Shown piece by piece: positions 21,480 to 32,032 of a DNA stretch of 64,000 nucleotides. Source of the stretch: an uncultured Nitrospiraceae bacterium (lineage in GTDB: Bacteria; Nitrospirota; Nitrospiria; Nitrospirales; Nitrospiraceae). The stretch spans positions 1-64,000 of the forward strand of contig CAVPLT010000005.1 in the NCBI GenBank assembly GCA_963706325.1, written 5' to 3'. Made by a program: the position numbers and the translations under genes. The notes under the pieces are model-generated. The model was not told the DNA's origin, did no database searches, and saw nothing but the letters and a program-made list of their open reading frames with translations. How positions within the stretch are numbered: position 1 is the stretch's first letter; each line of letters starts with the position of its first letter.

Positions 21480-22289
21480 TTAGTTGGCCGTCGGTTCGAG
21501 GATGGGCTCTGCCGACTCGGCATCAGAAGGAGAGAGATGCTCACTGTTCGAACCGTTTTCTTCAGCTTCGGTCGCCAGATCGATTCCGGCCTCGAGAGGA
21601 TCAGTCGTTGTTTCGACTGCCAAGCTGGGAATAACGAGGTGTGCTTGCCCGACCTTCCGCATCTCCAAGTGCACACGACGGTTCATCCGTCGGCAGACGT
21701 CGCTGGTATCGATGCAGAGGGCTCCTTCCTCACCCAGGCTGACGGTGCGGATTGACGTCTCAGGCACACCTAGCGCCATGAGCGCTTGTTTGACGGTTTC
21801 GGCGCGCTTCATCCCGAGGACCTTGTTGAAGCTCATGGATCCCTGTTGATCGGTATAACCTTGGAGCAGGATGCCCCAGTCCGGCTGGTTCTTGAGAAAC
21901 TCCGCATGGCGCTGTAAGGCGGCTCTCCCATCGTCGCTCAAGCCCTTCCGCCCAATTTCAAACTGAATGTCATCGTGCAGAATGTCCGTACTCCTGGTCG
22001 CCAGCGGGGCTGCCTCGACATGCGTGGCTGGGACTGGTTCGGAGAGTGGGATCCTGTCGGCTGAGGTCTTCAGGACTTGCGACAGGTCTGCGCTGTTAAG
22101 TTCCTCTGAAGAACGGTTGCTATGGGCCGCCTCGTCTACATGGGAGTAGTACCAGAAGGCGGCCACGACGATGGCCAGGAAGCACACCAACCCGCTGAGG
22201 ATGTAGATGTCCTTCATGTCCTTGTCCGGGCCGACGATCGTGGGGGTGACTGGTCCTGCGCTGACGGTGGCTGAGGGTGTCTTGTGCAT
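21480..22289 (-). CDS. OmpA-family peptidoglycan-binding protein (PdsO-like by context)
   Basis: N-terminal TM, GYTDQQG..FNKVLGMKRA, NRRV. AAGGAG RBS before 22289. Confidence 0.8.
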   Translation of the reverse strand: MHKTPSATVSAGPVTPTIVGPDKDMKDIYILSGLVCFLAIVVAAFWYYSHVDEAAHSNRSSEELNSADLSQVLKTSADRIPLSEPVPATHVEAAPLATRSTDILHDDIQFEIGRKGLSDDGRAALQRHAEFLKNQPDWGILLQGYTDQQGSMSFNKVLGMKRAETVKQALMALGVPETSIRTVSLGEEGALCIDTSDVCRRMNRRVHLEMRKVGQAHLVIPSLAVETTTDPLEAGIDLATEAEENGSNSEHLSPSDAESAEPILEPTAN

Positions 22290-22860
22290 GGTCGTCTGCT
22301 CCTTGTGTTGAAGGGCCGGGTTGTACGGCCCATTCGTGTAATTGATGGATCGCGTGCTGCTCCGGTGCGGCGGAATCGGCCTATCGATGCTCACCTCCTT
22401 TCTGCCGGCTGCCCGCCGTTGGGTGGGGTGTAGAGCAAGGCAGAGACCAGGCGAACGAAGGCGGTTGAAGAAGGCAAAGCGAAAGAAGAACAAGGGATTA
22501 GGAGAATGGACGGGATGTGAGGGAAAGGCTCACTCATGCGCGGATCTGCGGGGATGCGGGGATAGACCGGCAGGGACCGGATGGCGTGATAAAGGATTTC
22601 TGAAAAAAATGAAGCAGTCAGACCCTTCGAAGACAGGGCCGGTTGACCGTCTCGCTGATTTGCACAATCGTCGCGCTCATGACTGCCCCGTCGCGTGCCG
22701 CGCCCACGCGGGATCCGAGAGGGTTTCGCCTTACAGATCAATCAGGGCTGTGATTGAAGTTTTGCTCGGACTTGTCCATTCGGCACAGATACGCAAAACG
22801 ATTTGACGGTTTCCGCTGCTGCGGTACCATTGGCTAGCCGGCAGCACGCAACACACAGGT

Positions 22861-23745
22861 GTGAACGAACCTAGGGGGTCGATGTGCATGACAGCGGCTC
22901 ACAATTGGGCAGCAACTTTGAGGGGCCTCGGAATGATAAAGGTATGCGGGTGGGCATTGGTCATGTGGATGGTAATGGTCCCTTTGGTGAGCGCGGGTGA
23001 GTATCAATTGGTTATCGGTGAGGGAGTGGAGGTGTGCGAGGCGTGCAAGCGCAATCTGGAGCGCATGACCGTGCATCCGGCATGTGAGCGGGATTATAGC
23101 CGCCAGTTGGGGTTAGGAACTCCTGAATGGAAGCCGTTCGATGTCGCGGGCCATATCGGCGCGATGGAACAAGTTCTGACGTACCTGGCGACGGGGCATG
23201 AGTTTCCCGAGGATCGATACAGCATGGATGAGGAGCAATTTGTCGATACCATTCGGAGGATCGGCACAAAGGAGGAGCCCTGGGCCTATTGGGCTCAAGT
23301 CGACATCAACAATGAGGGCAGGTTGAGGCCGGTCCTCAAACTCCATTCCGCGTTCTGCAAGTTGAGGGCTGATGGAGCTTTCGGCCAAGCCTACTCTGCC
23401 CCCATTGTCGTGTTGAATGAAACCCTCAGTGGAATTGATCGCGTCATGACGGATCTGGTGATGCAAAATCCGCATAGAAACGGAGCATCGCTCGGTGAAA
23501 CGAATTACCAGCTGTATGGAGTATTCAGCTATAAGGGAGAAACCTATTTTGACCGCTGGAATGACACGGGGAATGAGGATGAGACTGAGCGCTCGACGTT
23601 GAGTATCTATGAATCAACTGGTGACAAGACCAGAAAGCTCTGCCAGTTGAAAGAATTACAGGTCAAACGATGGTTTCCCAATAAGCCGTGCGCATTTCGT
23701 CACTGTTCGCCGGCGAGGTTAGTTCCTATTAGCTTCACGCCCTGA
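22861..23745 (+). CDS. hypothetical exported Cys-containing protein
   Basis: 294-aa ORF with a signal-like segment. Start uncertain. Confidence 0.6.
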   Translation: MNEPRGSMCMTAAHNWAATLRGLGMIKVCGWALVMWMVMVPLVSAGEYQLVIGEGVEVCEACKRNLERMTVHPACERDYSRQLGLGTPEWKPFDVAGHIGAMEQVLTYLATGHEFPEDRYSMDEEQFVDTIRRIGTKEEPWAYWAQVDINNEGRLRPVLKLHSAFCKLRADGAFGQAYSAPIVVLNETLSGIDRVMTDLVMQNPHRNGASLGETNYQLYGVFSYKGETYFDRWNDTGNEDETERSTLSIYESTGDKTRKLCQLKELQVKRWFPNKPCAFRHCSPARLVPISFTP

Positions 23746-24193
23746 GTGTGAGAGCCTGGGCTCCTGCCGGTTTCGTTGACACCATCCTACGCTACTCCGC
23801 CTGCTGCTCGAACCCCATTGGACTGCGATAACCAACCTCGAATGCGTCACGGGTGGTTGTAGAAGCGTTAGATCTAATGGAAGACATCGGCTTGGGCCTG
23901 GTCTCGCATGAGGTATGGCTCGCTCGCCGTCCGTTTTGCGCAAAGAGAAGAAGCCTTCCATCGCGGTATTGCCGCAGACATGACCCGCCCGGCCCCTGCC
24001 AGCGTCACGCCATGGTCGGCCAGGAGCCGCCGGAAGGGCTCATCACAGCTTATAGTAGGGAATACCTGGCATTTACTAACGCATTTTATTCTCACCAAGG
24101 TATAGGGGCATTCCTAGTTGGATGAGATTGGGGAGTCGCGCACAATGGGGCATATTGTATTGCTATCACCGTACTTAGAAAGGAGGCAGTATC

Positions 24194-24685
24194 ATGCGGG
24201 CCGCGATGATAATAGCGCTTACCCTGATGCTGTCGGGCTGCAGCACGTGGTCGAATAAACCGACGGTTCCAGAAATGAGTCGAACGGCCGTGGTGCATGA
24301 CGTCCGTGTCTCATTGACCAGCATCGAGCCAGTGGAGCTACGGGCTAATGTTGGCGACGAGGTCCGGTTTATCAACGACAAAACCCAGCCCATCCGAGTC
24401 GTGTTAATCGAGGCGGGTAAAAGAATCGCCTGTAATAAAGGGTTCAATGGAACCATTGATCAAGAGGCGGATATTAAGCCCGGCCAATATGCAAGTTTTT
24501 GCTTCAGCCAGCCGGGTACTGTCAAGTATATGGCCCGTGACCTTACGGCTGTGACTGGGGGAGAAGTGGTCCTTCCCGCCCAGATATTCGTGGGAGCAGG
24601 AACAAGCACCTCGCGTCCCATTCGGGGCGAGAACTATCCGTCAGTGGGCCTGTCTGAGGAACCAAAAGTATCTCCTCCGCGATAG
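24194..24685 (+). CDS. lipoprotein, cupredoxin-like
   Basis: AGGAGG RBS, lipobox LSGC, GDEVRFIN...IKPGQ...F..PGTVKY pattern. No clear type-1 Cu ligand set. Confidence 0.65.
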   Translation: MRAAMIIALTLMLSGCSTWSNKPTVPEMSRTAVVHDVRVSLTSIEPVELRANVGDEVRFINDKTQPIRVVLIEAGKRIACNKGFNGTIDQEADIKPGQYASFCFSQPGTVKYMARDLTAVTGGEVVLPAQIFVGAGTSTSRPIRGENYPSVGLSEEPKVSPPR

Positions 24686-25060
24686 TTCGTCTTGTGACCA
24701 CCCCTGTGCCGAGACCTTGAAGGTGAAGCAGCAGCCCGGGGCCGTCTCACCTGCTTTCCTCGGTTCGGCCTGCTCTGCTGCGAACACGAAAGGATGCTGG
24801 CGCACTGCCGTGCAATTTCCCGCCGCCTTCCGGGCCTTTGCTAAGGTCTGACAGCATTCAATCGTCCTATACGCCGCCTCCCGTTGACTTCTAATGAGGC
24901 GGAATTATTTCTAGTCCATGCCTGCTCTCAAAAATATTCCACCGCCCTTTCCGTTCAGTTGGAGGTTCTCGTGTTCACTGGCAGTGTCATTGGCTTGCTA
25001 TACTGAGAGCCGGTTCGCGGAGCGGTCGCCTAGACCTAGAGCCAGGAGGGAAGGCGCGGC

Positions 25061-25201
25061 ATGACGACTCGCTTCTGGTGGATTTTCATGGGGGTCGTAA
25101 TAGGGGCGCTTGTCGCGGCAGGTTTCCTCTCACGCCTGTATGTGGGACAACAGTTCCCAGCACAGTTGGAGGTTAACAGGCTCGTGCCACAGGAAAGGTG
25201 A
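25061..25201 (+). CDS. 46-aa single-TM small protein (not in ORF track)
   Basis: AGGAGG upstream. MTTRFWWIFMGVVIGALVAAGFLSRLY...ER*. Confidence 0.45.
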   Translation: MTTRFWWIFMGVVIGALVAAGFLSRLYVGQQFPAQLEVNRLVPQER

Positions 25202-25336
25202 AATGACAGCGGCGATGCGCCTGGGGGGGAATCCATTATCATCACGAGTGAGGCTGACGTAGCTACCCAAGGGGCTACTCGCGCTCCACATTCAGACTCG
25301 TGAGTTGAGCCGACAACGCTTTAAAGGAGGTAACTA

Positions 25337-25654
25337 ATGGGCCTAAAGATTGACGTGACGACCGTCTCGCGCGTTCTTCTGAAGGATGGCGCGTGGTACG
25401 AGGTCCTCCCTGGCTCTCTCACTATGGACGCTATGGAATGGACAGATACTGAAGGCTTGTCGATTCCAACCGAAGTTCTTGCGGCTGACCCGGCAATGGG
25501 CGTTCGGTTCAAAACAAGGGGCATGAACGGATGGATCGCTTGTCCCCTTACCTCCGTCAAGGCGGTGCATTATGAACCCATTGAACTTGAAGACCCCCTC
25601 GCGGTAAGCATCCCTGCTGTACTAGCCGACGAGCTTGATCAGCCCCCCAGATAG
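25337..25654 (+). CDS. hypothetical protein
   Basis: Strong AAGGAGG RBS, 105 aa. Confidence 0.7.
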   Translation: MGLKIDVTTVSRVLLKDGAWYEVLPGSLTMDAMEWTDTEGLSIPTEVLAADPAMGVRFKTRGMNGWIACPLTSVKAVHYEPIELEDPLAVSIPAVLADELDQPPR

Positions 25655-25939
25655 TCGGACGACCGAATGATTACTCATGGAAGCTTGATACCCGACAGGA
25701 TCCGTAACAATTCGTTCTGCCGGACAGACGCCTTGATCGGCACTTTCCTAGGTGAGGCGAGGGACGTACCAACGGCTGTAATCCAACCCAGATTGCACGC
25801 ACATGGATGTCTGGCGATGATCGGGTCACCCAGAGGAGTTTGGTTCGTGGATACTTGTTCCACGGCCCGACTCTCACATTCCACTGAATCTCGACGACAC
25901 CTGGACAAGACCTATAACCTGGACGGTCGCCACTCTACT

Positions 25940-27061
25940 CTATAGCACTCCTAGCCTCCACAAGGACGTGATCTCAGCAGCCCGGGCGGCGCGGAGCGGG
26001 TCGGCTTGGTCGGAGGCGCGGGGATGAGTCGGCCGGACATCGGTCTTGCCGAGGACGACGAGCCCCGCTTCCTCAAAGGCGGCAAGCAGTTCTGAACGCG
26101 TGCGTAGTTCCAGATGTTCAGCGAGATCAGAGAGCAACAACCAGCCTTCGCCTCCCGGCTCCAGATGTGCAGCCAGGCCTTTAAGAAATCCATACAGCAT
26201 GCGACTGTCAGGATCGTAGATCGACTGCTCGATGGGAGAGGTAGGCCGGGCCGGGACCCAGGGTGGGTTGCAGACGACGAGTTGCGCCTTGCCATCAGGA
26301 AAGAGATCAGCCTGCACCACTTCCACTCGGTCAGTAAATCCTAACCGTGTGAGATTTTCACGGGCACAGGCCAAGGCGCGAGGATCTTGGTCGGTCGCGA
26401 CGATATGCGGGATGCCGCGGCGGGCTAGTACTGCCGCGAGCACGCCGGTTCCTGTTCCGATATCGAACGCGAGAACGCAGGCAGGCAATGGCTCCTTGGC
26501 TACTAGATCTACATACTCGCTACGAATCGGGGCAAACACGCCATAGTGCGGGTGGATACGGTCATCGAGCGCGGGAATCAGGATGCCATTCTTTCGCCAC
26601 TCATGCGCGCCGACTAATCCCAGTAGCTCACGCAGCGACACCAGAGCGAGTTCTTCGCAAGGGCCATAGGCCTCCGTGCAGGCTTGACGCACATCAGGCG
26701 CACGGCGCAGCCGAACCGCATAGTCGTCCTCCAAGGCCACCAGCAGCATGCCCAATATGCGGGCACGACGCGATTGCGTCTGTCGGTGAAAATGGAAACT
26801 TTCAGCCGGCGAGGAGCCTGCTTTAGGTGGGTGGCGGTCGGCTCGCCGCGCCATCGCATTCAACAACTGTCGGGCATTCTGAAAGTCGCCTCGCCACAGC
26901 AATGCGGTGCCTTCGCAGGCGAGGCGGAAGGCTGCATCGGCGGTCATGTCGTCCGCTGCAATGGCCATACGGACCGGTGGCGGCGATCCCCACTCCGAAC
27001 GCCAACGCGCCGAGCAGGCTTGGCTTGATTCGGCCCAGGTAACCATTAATGGCTTGGTCAC
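25940..27061 (-). CDS. class I SAM-dependent methyltransferase (MTS/PrmC-like)
   Basis: DIGTGTG motif I and CNPPW motif IV. Confidence 0.85.
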   Translation of the reverse strand: MTKPLMVTWAESSQACSARWRSEWGSPPPVRMAIAADDMTADAAFRLACEGTALLWRGDFQNARQLLNAMARRADRHPPKAGSSPAESFHFHRQTQSRRARILGMLLVALEDDYAVRLRRAPDVRQACTEAYGPCEELALVSLRELLGLVGAHEWRKNGILIPALDDRIHPHYGVFAPIRSEYVDLVAKEPLPACVLAFDIGTGTGVLAAVLARRGIPHIVATDQDPRALACARENLTRLGFTDRVEVVQADLFPDGKAQLVVCNPPWVPARPTSPIEQSIYDPDSRMLYGFLKGLAAHLEPGGEGWLLLSDLAEHLELRTRSELLAAFEEAGLVVLGKTDVRPTHPRASDQADPLRAARAAEITSLWRLGVL

Positions 27062-27098
27062 AATCGCGCCTCGAGCTCACTCAAACGTCTTCCTGCAG

Positions 27099-29822
27099 TC
27101 ATGATCCAACGGTCTTGCGGTCTTGAAAATGTTGCCGTACCAAGGCTTCGACGGACTTGAAATGCCGCTCCGGCAGGTTTTTGAACCGCCGTTTGCAATC
27201 GAACAGCGCCTCGTCGACCGTAGAAAATGGCTGGATCGTGTCGATCAAGTGGCCGTAGTAGTCCATCAGTTTCAGCTCGGCGGTACGCAGCAGTGCGGGG
27301 TCTCCCGCCAGGGCTGAGGCGGCCCTCATCCGATCCCCTCCCGATTCCACGAGCGCTTGAAAGCAGAGTCCCTTGAGCCGTTGTGTGACCGTGCTACGAT
27401 CCCACCCGAGCATTTTAGCGGTCGCTTGCATGTCGAACCGGTGCTGCCGCAGATGGTTCAACACGGCGGCATCGCCTGCAGGCTCTGGAAGAATTGCTTC
27501 CGCGCCGATCAGGCTAGGTGAGGGTGACGGCTGACTCTGAAGTCGAAGGTCGGCAGGAGTGATAATCGGCCCCTCGCTAAGCGCCACCGCCTGTTGGAGA
27601 CAGTGGCGGAGCTCTCGCACGTTGCCTTTCCATGGCTCTTGCTGAAGTGTCGTCAGGGCTGCTTCAGCCAAGAACATGCGTGCTTGATGCGCCTCCGTTG
27701 CGGCTTCTTGCAAGCAGGCATCTGCCAGGGGAGAAATATCGTCGGGGCGATCTCTCAATGGCGGCAGGTGCAGGACAAGACCCTTCAGTCGAAAATACAA
27801 ATCTTCACGAAACCAGCCTTCCGACACGCCGCGCTGAAGGTCCTTATTCGTTGCGGCCACGATCCGGACATCGACGGTGGTGGGAGTCGTCGCCCCCACG
27901 CGATAGAAGGTTCTATCCTGCAACACCCGCAGCAGCTTGCTTTGATGGTCTATGCGCAAGTCGCCGATCTCGTCCAAAAAGATGGTGCCCTGATGCGCGA
28001 GCTCGAAATAGCCTTTCCGATCCGTGAGCGCGCCGGTGAAGCTGCCGCGAACGTGGCCGAAAAGTTCGCTCTCGAAGAGTTCCGGTGAGATGGCCGCCAT
28101 GTTGACCGCGATGAAGGGCTTGGGCGCTCGCGGGCTGAGTCGATGCACGGCGCGAGCAAAGAGTTCTTTGCCCGTTCCGGGTTCGCCGGTGATCAGCACC
28201 GTGACGCTGGAACGCGCGCCTTTCTTCACGTCACGAAACATCGCCAACATGGCGGGATCTCTGGTGATGATGCCTAGTTGCTCGCAGTCCCGCCGAAGCA
28301 TCTCCTGTTCCACATTGCCAAGCGGAGCGGATGTGAGAGTCGCGGCCTGCAGACCCTGGAGCTGACGTTCGAGTTCTTCCATTCGTCGGCGCGTGGCTGT
28401 TTCTTGCGCCTGGGCGTCGCCGATTTTCTGTTGCAGATCCACGGCCCGCTCGGTTGTGGCGGCTTCCCTGGAGGCCGAGTCGGAAATGCTGGCGCGGGCT
28501 GACTCCAAGTCCTCCTCCAGCGTTTCCACGGCAGTTTCTCGATAGATGAGCGCCTCGCGCACCGCCACAAGGTCTTGCTGAATCTGCAGCATGTCCCGTT
28601 CCAGCAACGTCACACGGCGGGTAGCCATGATCTGACCGAGCAACCCGGTGGTGCCCAGCACAACGACGGTTGCGGTCACGGGGATAACGAACGGCAGCAC
28701 CCAATGCGTGCCCGAGAGCAAGACCCAGGCTGAGGCCAGATAGAGGAAGATGCCGGTCATGCCCAGGAACAGTCCCTTCCAATCCGCCAGACGGAGTACC
28801 ATCCAGGCCAAGCCGAGAGAGAGGGCGAAGGTCACCACTACACGCTGCAGCGGAGAGAGTTCTCGAATCCAGTCCTGCGCGAGGAGCATATGGAGCAGTT
28901 GTGCCTGTATGAGAAAGTCCGACCTGTCCTCGCCGGAGGGAATGGTCCGTTCGAGCTGTGTGCGGAGTTGAGTCAGCAAGATCACCGCTTTGCCGCTGAC
29001 CAGGGCTGCCAGCGCCTCGTTGTCTTTTTGATCAATCAGGCGTGAAAGTTCCAAGAAGGACAGGGTGGAAAAACTGTTATTCGCATACGGTCCGGTGTAG
29101 TTGATGAGGAGCTGTCCATTCCGATCGATCGGGATGGATACCATCGCGGCGGTCCCGTCGAATCCGCGGGCGTTTCGGAGCAGCACCTGTCCGGCGCCCC
29201 GTTCCGTTTGGTCGGACGCAACATTCCAGAAGGTCGTCGCCAGTGTGAAGGCGAAGGCCGGGAGTTCGCCCGAGCCGCTGTCGTGATACAACGCCGCTCG
29301 GCGTACGATGCGGTCGCGATCCAGTGTCGCCTGGATCGCGCTTCTGCCCGGTACGACGCTGCTCAATGGAACGAGAGGTAGGCCTGCGTCTTCGAAGGCA
29401 GAGGCTGGAAACGCGGGATAGGCCACGATGCCGGTTGATTTCACCGCTTCGATCAACAAGGTATCGCTCACCGCGCCGCCCAAATTCGGTGGACTGGGAA
29501 GGTTGATCGGGGTATCGATTCCTATGGCCCTGGCCCCTGCATCATGGAGTGCGGTTACCAGTCGAGCCGAAAGACTGCGATCCCAGTGGCCGAGGCCAAA
29601 CTGTTGTTCGCTGGCATGGTCTCGGACGACGAGGAGCAGGCGTGAGGGATGAGTTGCATGAGATCGAAGGCGCATCCAAGTGTCATAGGGAGCCCATTCC
29701 AGCGCCGTGTATGTCGTGGGAAGCGCCGACCACAGCAACTCTGCGCAGAGCGTGGCGGCGAACGCCATCAAGGCGGCTTGCAGCCAGACGTTCCTGACGA
29801 ACAAGCGAGTGGCGATACGCAT
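27099..29822 (-). CDS. CHASE2-domain membrane-anchored sigma54-dependent activator
   Basis: CHASE2-like N-terminus (WDRS..ARLV..L..AGA.AIGID, DRIVRR), 3 TMs, coiled coil, GEPGTGKE, ESELFGH..GSFTGA, FLDEIG, FREDLYFRL, WKGNVREL, HTH. Confidence 0.88.
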   Translation of the reverse strand: MRIATRLFVRNVWLQAALMAFAATLCAELLWSALPTTYTALEWAPYDTWMRLRSHATHPSRLLLVVRDHASEQQFGLGHWDRSLSARLVTALHDAGARAIGIDTPINLPSPPNLGGAVSDTLLIEAVKSTGIVAYPAFPASAFEDAGLPLVPLSSVVPGRSAIQATLDRDRIVRRAALYHDSGSGELPAFAFTLATTFWNVASDQTERGAGQVLLRNARGFDGTAAMVSIPIDRNGQLLINYTGPYANNSFSTLSFLELSRLIDQKDNEALAALVSGKAVILLTQLRTQLERTIPSGEDRSDFLIQAQLLHMLLAQDWIRELSPLQRVVVTFALSLGLAWMVLRLADWKGLFLGMTGIFLYLASAWVLLSGTHWVLPFVIPVTATVVVLGTTGLLGQIMATRRVTLLERDMLQIQQDLVAVREALIYRETAVETLEEDLESARASISDSASREAATTERAVDLQQKIGDAQAQETATRRRMEELERQLQGLQAATLTSAPLGNVEQEMLRRDCEQLGIITRDPAMLAMFRDVKKGARSSVTVLITGEPGTGKELFARAVHRLSPRAPKPFIAVNMAAISPELFESELFGHVRGSFTGALTDRKGYFELAHQGTIFLDEIGDLRIDHQSKLLRVLQDRTFYRVGATTPTTVDVRIVAATNKDLQRGVSEGWFREDLYFRLKGLVLHLPPLRDRPDDISPLADACLQEAATEAHQARMFLAEAALTTLQQEPWKGNVRELRHCLQQAVALSEGPIITPADLRLQSQPSPSPSLIGAEAILPEPAGDAAVLNHLRQHRFDMQATAKMLGWDRSTVTQRLKGLCFQALVESGGDRMRAASALAGDPALLRTAELKLMDYYGHLIDTIQPFSTVDEALFDCKRRFKNLPERHFKSVEALVRQHFQDRKTVGS

Positions 29823-29834
29823 AGGCTGTGCTGA

Positions 29835-31178
29835 TTACGGTTTGGAAGGCACGGACGCGACTTCGTCGAGAATGCGCTTCACATCTTCCCGTGGCAAGCC
29901 CTTCAGGTAACTCTTTGCCTTGGCGAGGTCCGGCGTCAGTCCGAGCCCCTTGGCATAAATGCGCGCTAGGGCTGTGCGAGAGGGAATCGATCCATCAGCG
30001 GCCGTAGACTCGAGGTAACTCATGACCCACTGCCCATGGGGCGGAAGCTGGCCCTCGAGTCCCTGTTCGTAGAGTTGGACGAGTGCCGCATGGGAGATGT
30101 CGTTCAAGGCGTACGCTTCGCGCAAAAGAACCGGGAGTGCCTCAGCGGTGCGGCCCTGCTTCAGCAAGGTGGTGCCGACGGTTTCCGTCGCCTGGTTGTG
30201 GTCCAGATCGGGAAAGTCCAGCCAAAGCTGGTCGCAGTAATTTCTAAAGGCCTCTGCCGCGGCCTTCGATTGTTTCGTCTGCAGATTGCCCTTGGCCATC
30301 GCTAACCGTCTCAGTTGCGTCAACGCTTGCGCCGCCTCCGGCAGCCCCTGCTCGAAGGCCCGTGCCCACCAGGTGATGGCCATGACCTGGCTTTTTTCTA
30401 AACCTTGTCCGGACCTGTAGGCGTTGCCGAGAAAGTATTGAGCTTTGGCGAGGCCTGCAAGTGCGGCAGACTCCAGTTCTTGCGCCGCCTCTTTTTCACG
30501 GCCCGCGACCTTGAGTACCAATCCCAACCGGTAATGGGCTTCGGCAAAATCAGGCTTGAGGCGCAAGGCTTCCTGATAGGCTTTGATGGCCGATTGTACA
30601 TTCCCGCGGGTGTAGTGGATCGTGCCCATGCTGTAATGAGCCTGGACCAAGTCTGGATCCAATCGGACAGCCTCCTGGAGTTCCGTCATGGCGGAGCGCC
30701 AGTCCTGTTTGGCCATGAGCGCGGTTCCGAGATCCAGGTGAGCTTGCGCGACGACGGGATGAAACCGCAGGGCCGTTCGGTATTCGTCGATCGCTCCGTC
30801 GGTGTCCCCCAGTTGAAACAATGTTCTGCCCAGGGTCAGGCGCGGCTCCTGGGCGTCGGGTTCCAGATGCAATGCTTGTCGGGCCTGGGTGAGGGTCTCC
30901 AGAAGGCTGAGCGACGCAGGGGGTGGTGGCGGCAGGGGCAGTGGATCAAGCGTATCAATGGGGAGCGGTTCCTCTCGAACGGTTTCCGGGGTGGTATGTG
31001 GGGCCGAAAGTTCACTCGGAGGCGGTTCGACTAGAACGGTGTCAGGTGTAGCACTCGGAAGCGGGTCTTCCTGCGCGCGTGCCGGTGGCGCGGAGACGAA
31101 CAGGGCTGCAGCCAAGATCAGGGGCCACCTTCCTATGGTGACGCATTGCAGGAACATAGCGCTGTCACACCTCCACAT
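29835..31178 (-). CDS. exported TPR + Sel1-repeat protein
   Basis: Signal peptide, Pro-rich linker, tandem TPRs, Sel1 motifs (AQYFLGNAYRSGQG). Confidence 0.85.
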   Translation of the reverse strand: MWRCDSAMFLQCVTIGRWPLILAAALFVSAPPARAQEDPLPSATPDTVLVEPPPSELSAPHTTPETVREEPLPIDTLDPLPLPPPPPASLSLLETLTQARQALHLEPDAQEPRLTLGRTLFQLGDTDGAIDEYRTALRFHPVVAQAHLDLGTALMAKQDWRSAMTELQEAVRLDPDLVQAHYSMGTIHYTRGNVQSAIKAYQEALRLKPDFAEAHYRLGLVLKVAGREKEAAQELESAALAGLAKAQYFLGNAYRSGQGLEKSQVMAITWWARAFEQGLPEAAQALTQLRRLAMAKGNLQTKQSKAAAEAFRNYCDQLWLDFPDLDHNQATETVGTTLLKQGRTAEALPVLLREAYALNDISHAALVQLYEQGLEGQLPPHGQWVMSYLESTAADGSIPSRTALARIYAKGLGLTPDLAKAKSYLKGLPREDVKRILDEVASVPSKP

Positions 31179-31315
31179 AAAAGAGATCTTCCTATATACA
31201 CACAGACAGAGCAGAAATTCTATGGGATCTCACACCGCGGCAGCAGTCGCCACGTAGAGGGAAAGAATCGGGTGAGGCGAAGCCGGACTTGTCTACGGGC
31301 GGAGACTCTTCACGG

Positions 31316-32032
31316 TCAGGTCGTCAGGAGTGCCAGGGTGAGAGCGAGAACGACGAGCAGTCCCAACAGGCCGAGTATGAGGTATCGCCACCATGACAGT
31401 TGGTCTTGGACCAGCATGAACCCGAGAGTCACGCCTTCGGCGAGAAGCCAATTACGAAACTCCTGGGGAGGGACAACGCTGAGGCCCCGCTCTGTACAGG
31501 AGGCGATGAAGCGATCCACGACGAGGCCCCGCAGTGCGGCGCGGATCACCTGTGCTATCCAGCGGGGGAGTCGAAGGCGGCTGCTGGTTTGACTGACACT
31601 GTGATCCACAACACGCTCATACTCCTGTCGGATCATCAAAAGCGTGCGTTCTGCCGGGACGGCCGCAGTTGCCAGGTCGGGCAAAGTATGGATGAAGTCG
31701 CGCAGCGAATGTTCAACTTGAGCCATCACCTGTTCAGCCGCCTTCAGAAGGGCTGTTGCGGTTCCGCCGATCAGCGCAGCGACCAAATAGAGTGCGGTTA
31801 GGGACCAGCCGCTGAGCATGGCCCAGGTCCCATGTCCGGAAACGGAGATGCCGTAATAGACCGCGGCGCCTCCGAAGAGCATGATGGCCACGAACAAATG
31901 GAGAGGTAGATACCAGATTAGCGAGCGGATGAAGGCGCGAGTGGGCTGAGTGCCGTGAGGCAGCGGCGGGGGCGAGGAACTCACAGAGTATGGACCTACG
32001 TCTTGGGCGGAAAATGAATATGGCCAGGCCAA
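31316..32032 (-). CDS. hypothetical membrane protein
   Basis: Three hydrophobic segments, in operon with the HIT gene. Start uncertain. Confidence 0.6.
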   Translation of the reverse strand: MAWPYSFSAQDVGPYSVSSSPPPLPHGTQPTRAFIRSLIWYLPLHLFVAIMLFGGAAVYYGISVSGHGTWAMLSGWSLTALYLVAALIGGTATALLKAAEQVMAQVEHSLRDFIHTLPDLATAAVPAERTLLMIRQEYERVVDHSVSQTSSRLRLPRWIAQVIRAALRGLVVDRFIASCTERGLSVVPPQEFRNWLLAEGVTLGFMLVQDQLSWWRYLILGLLGLLVVLALTLALLTT

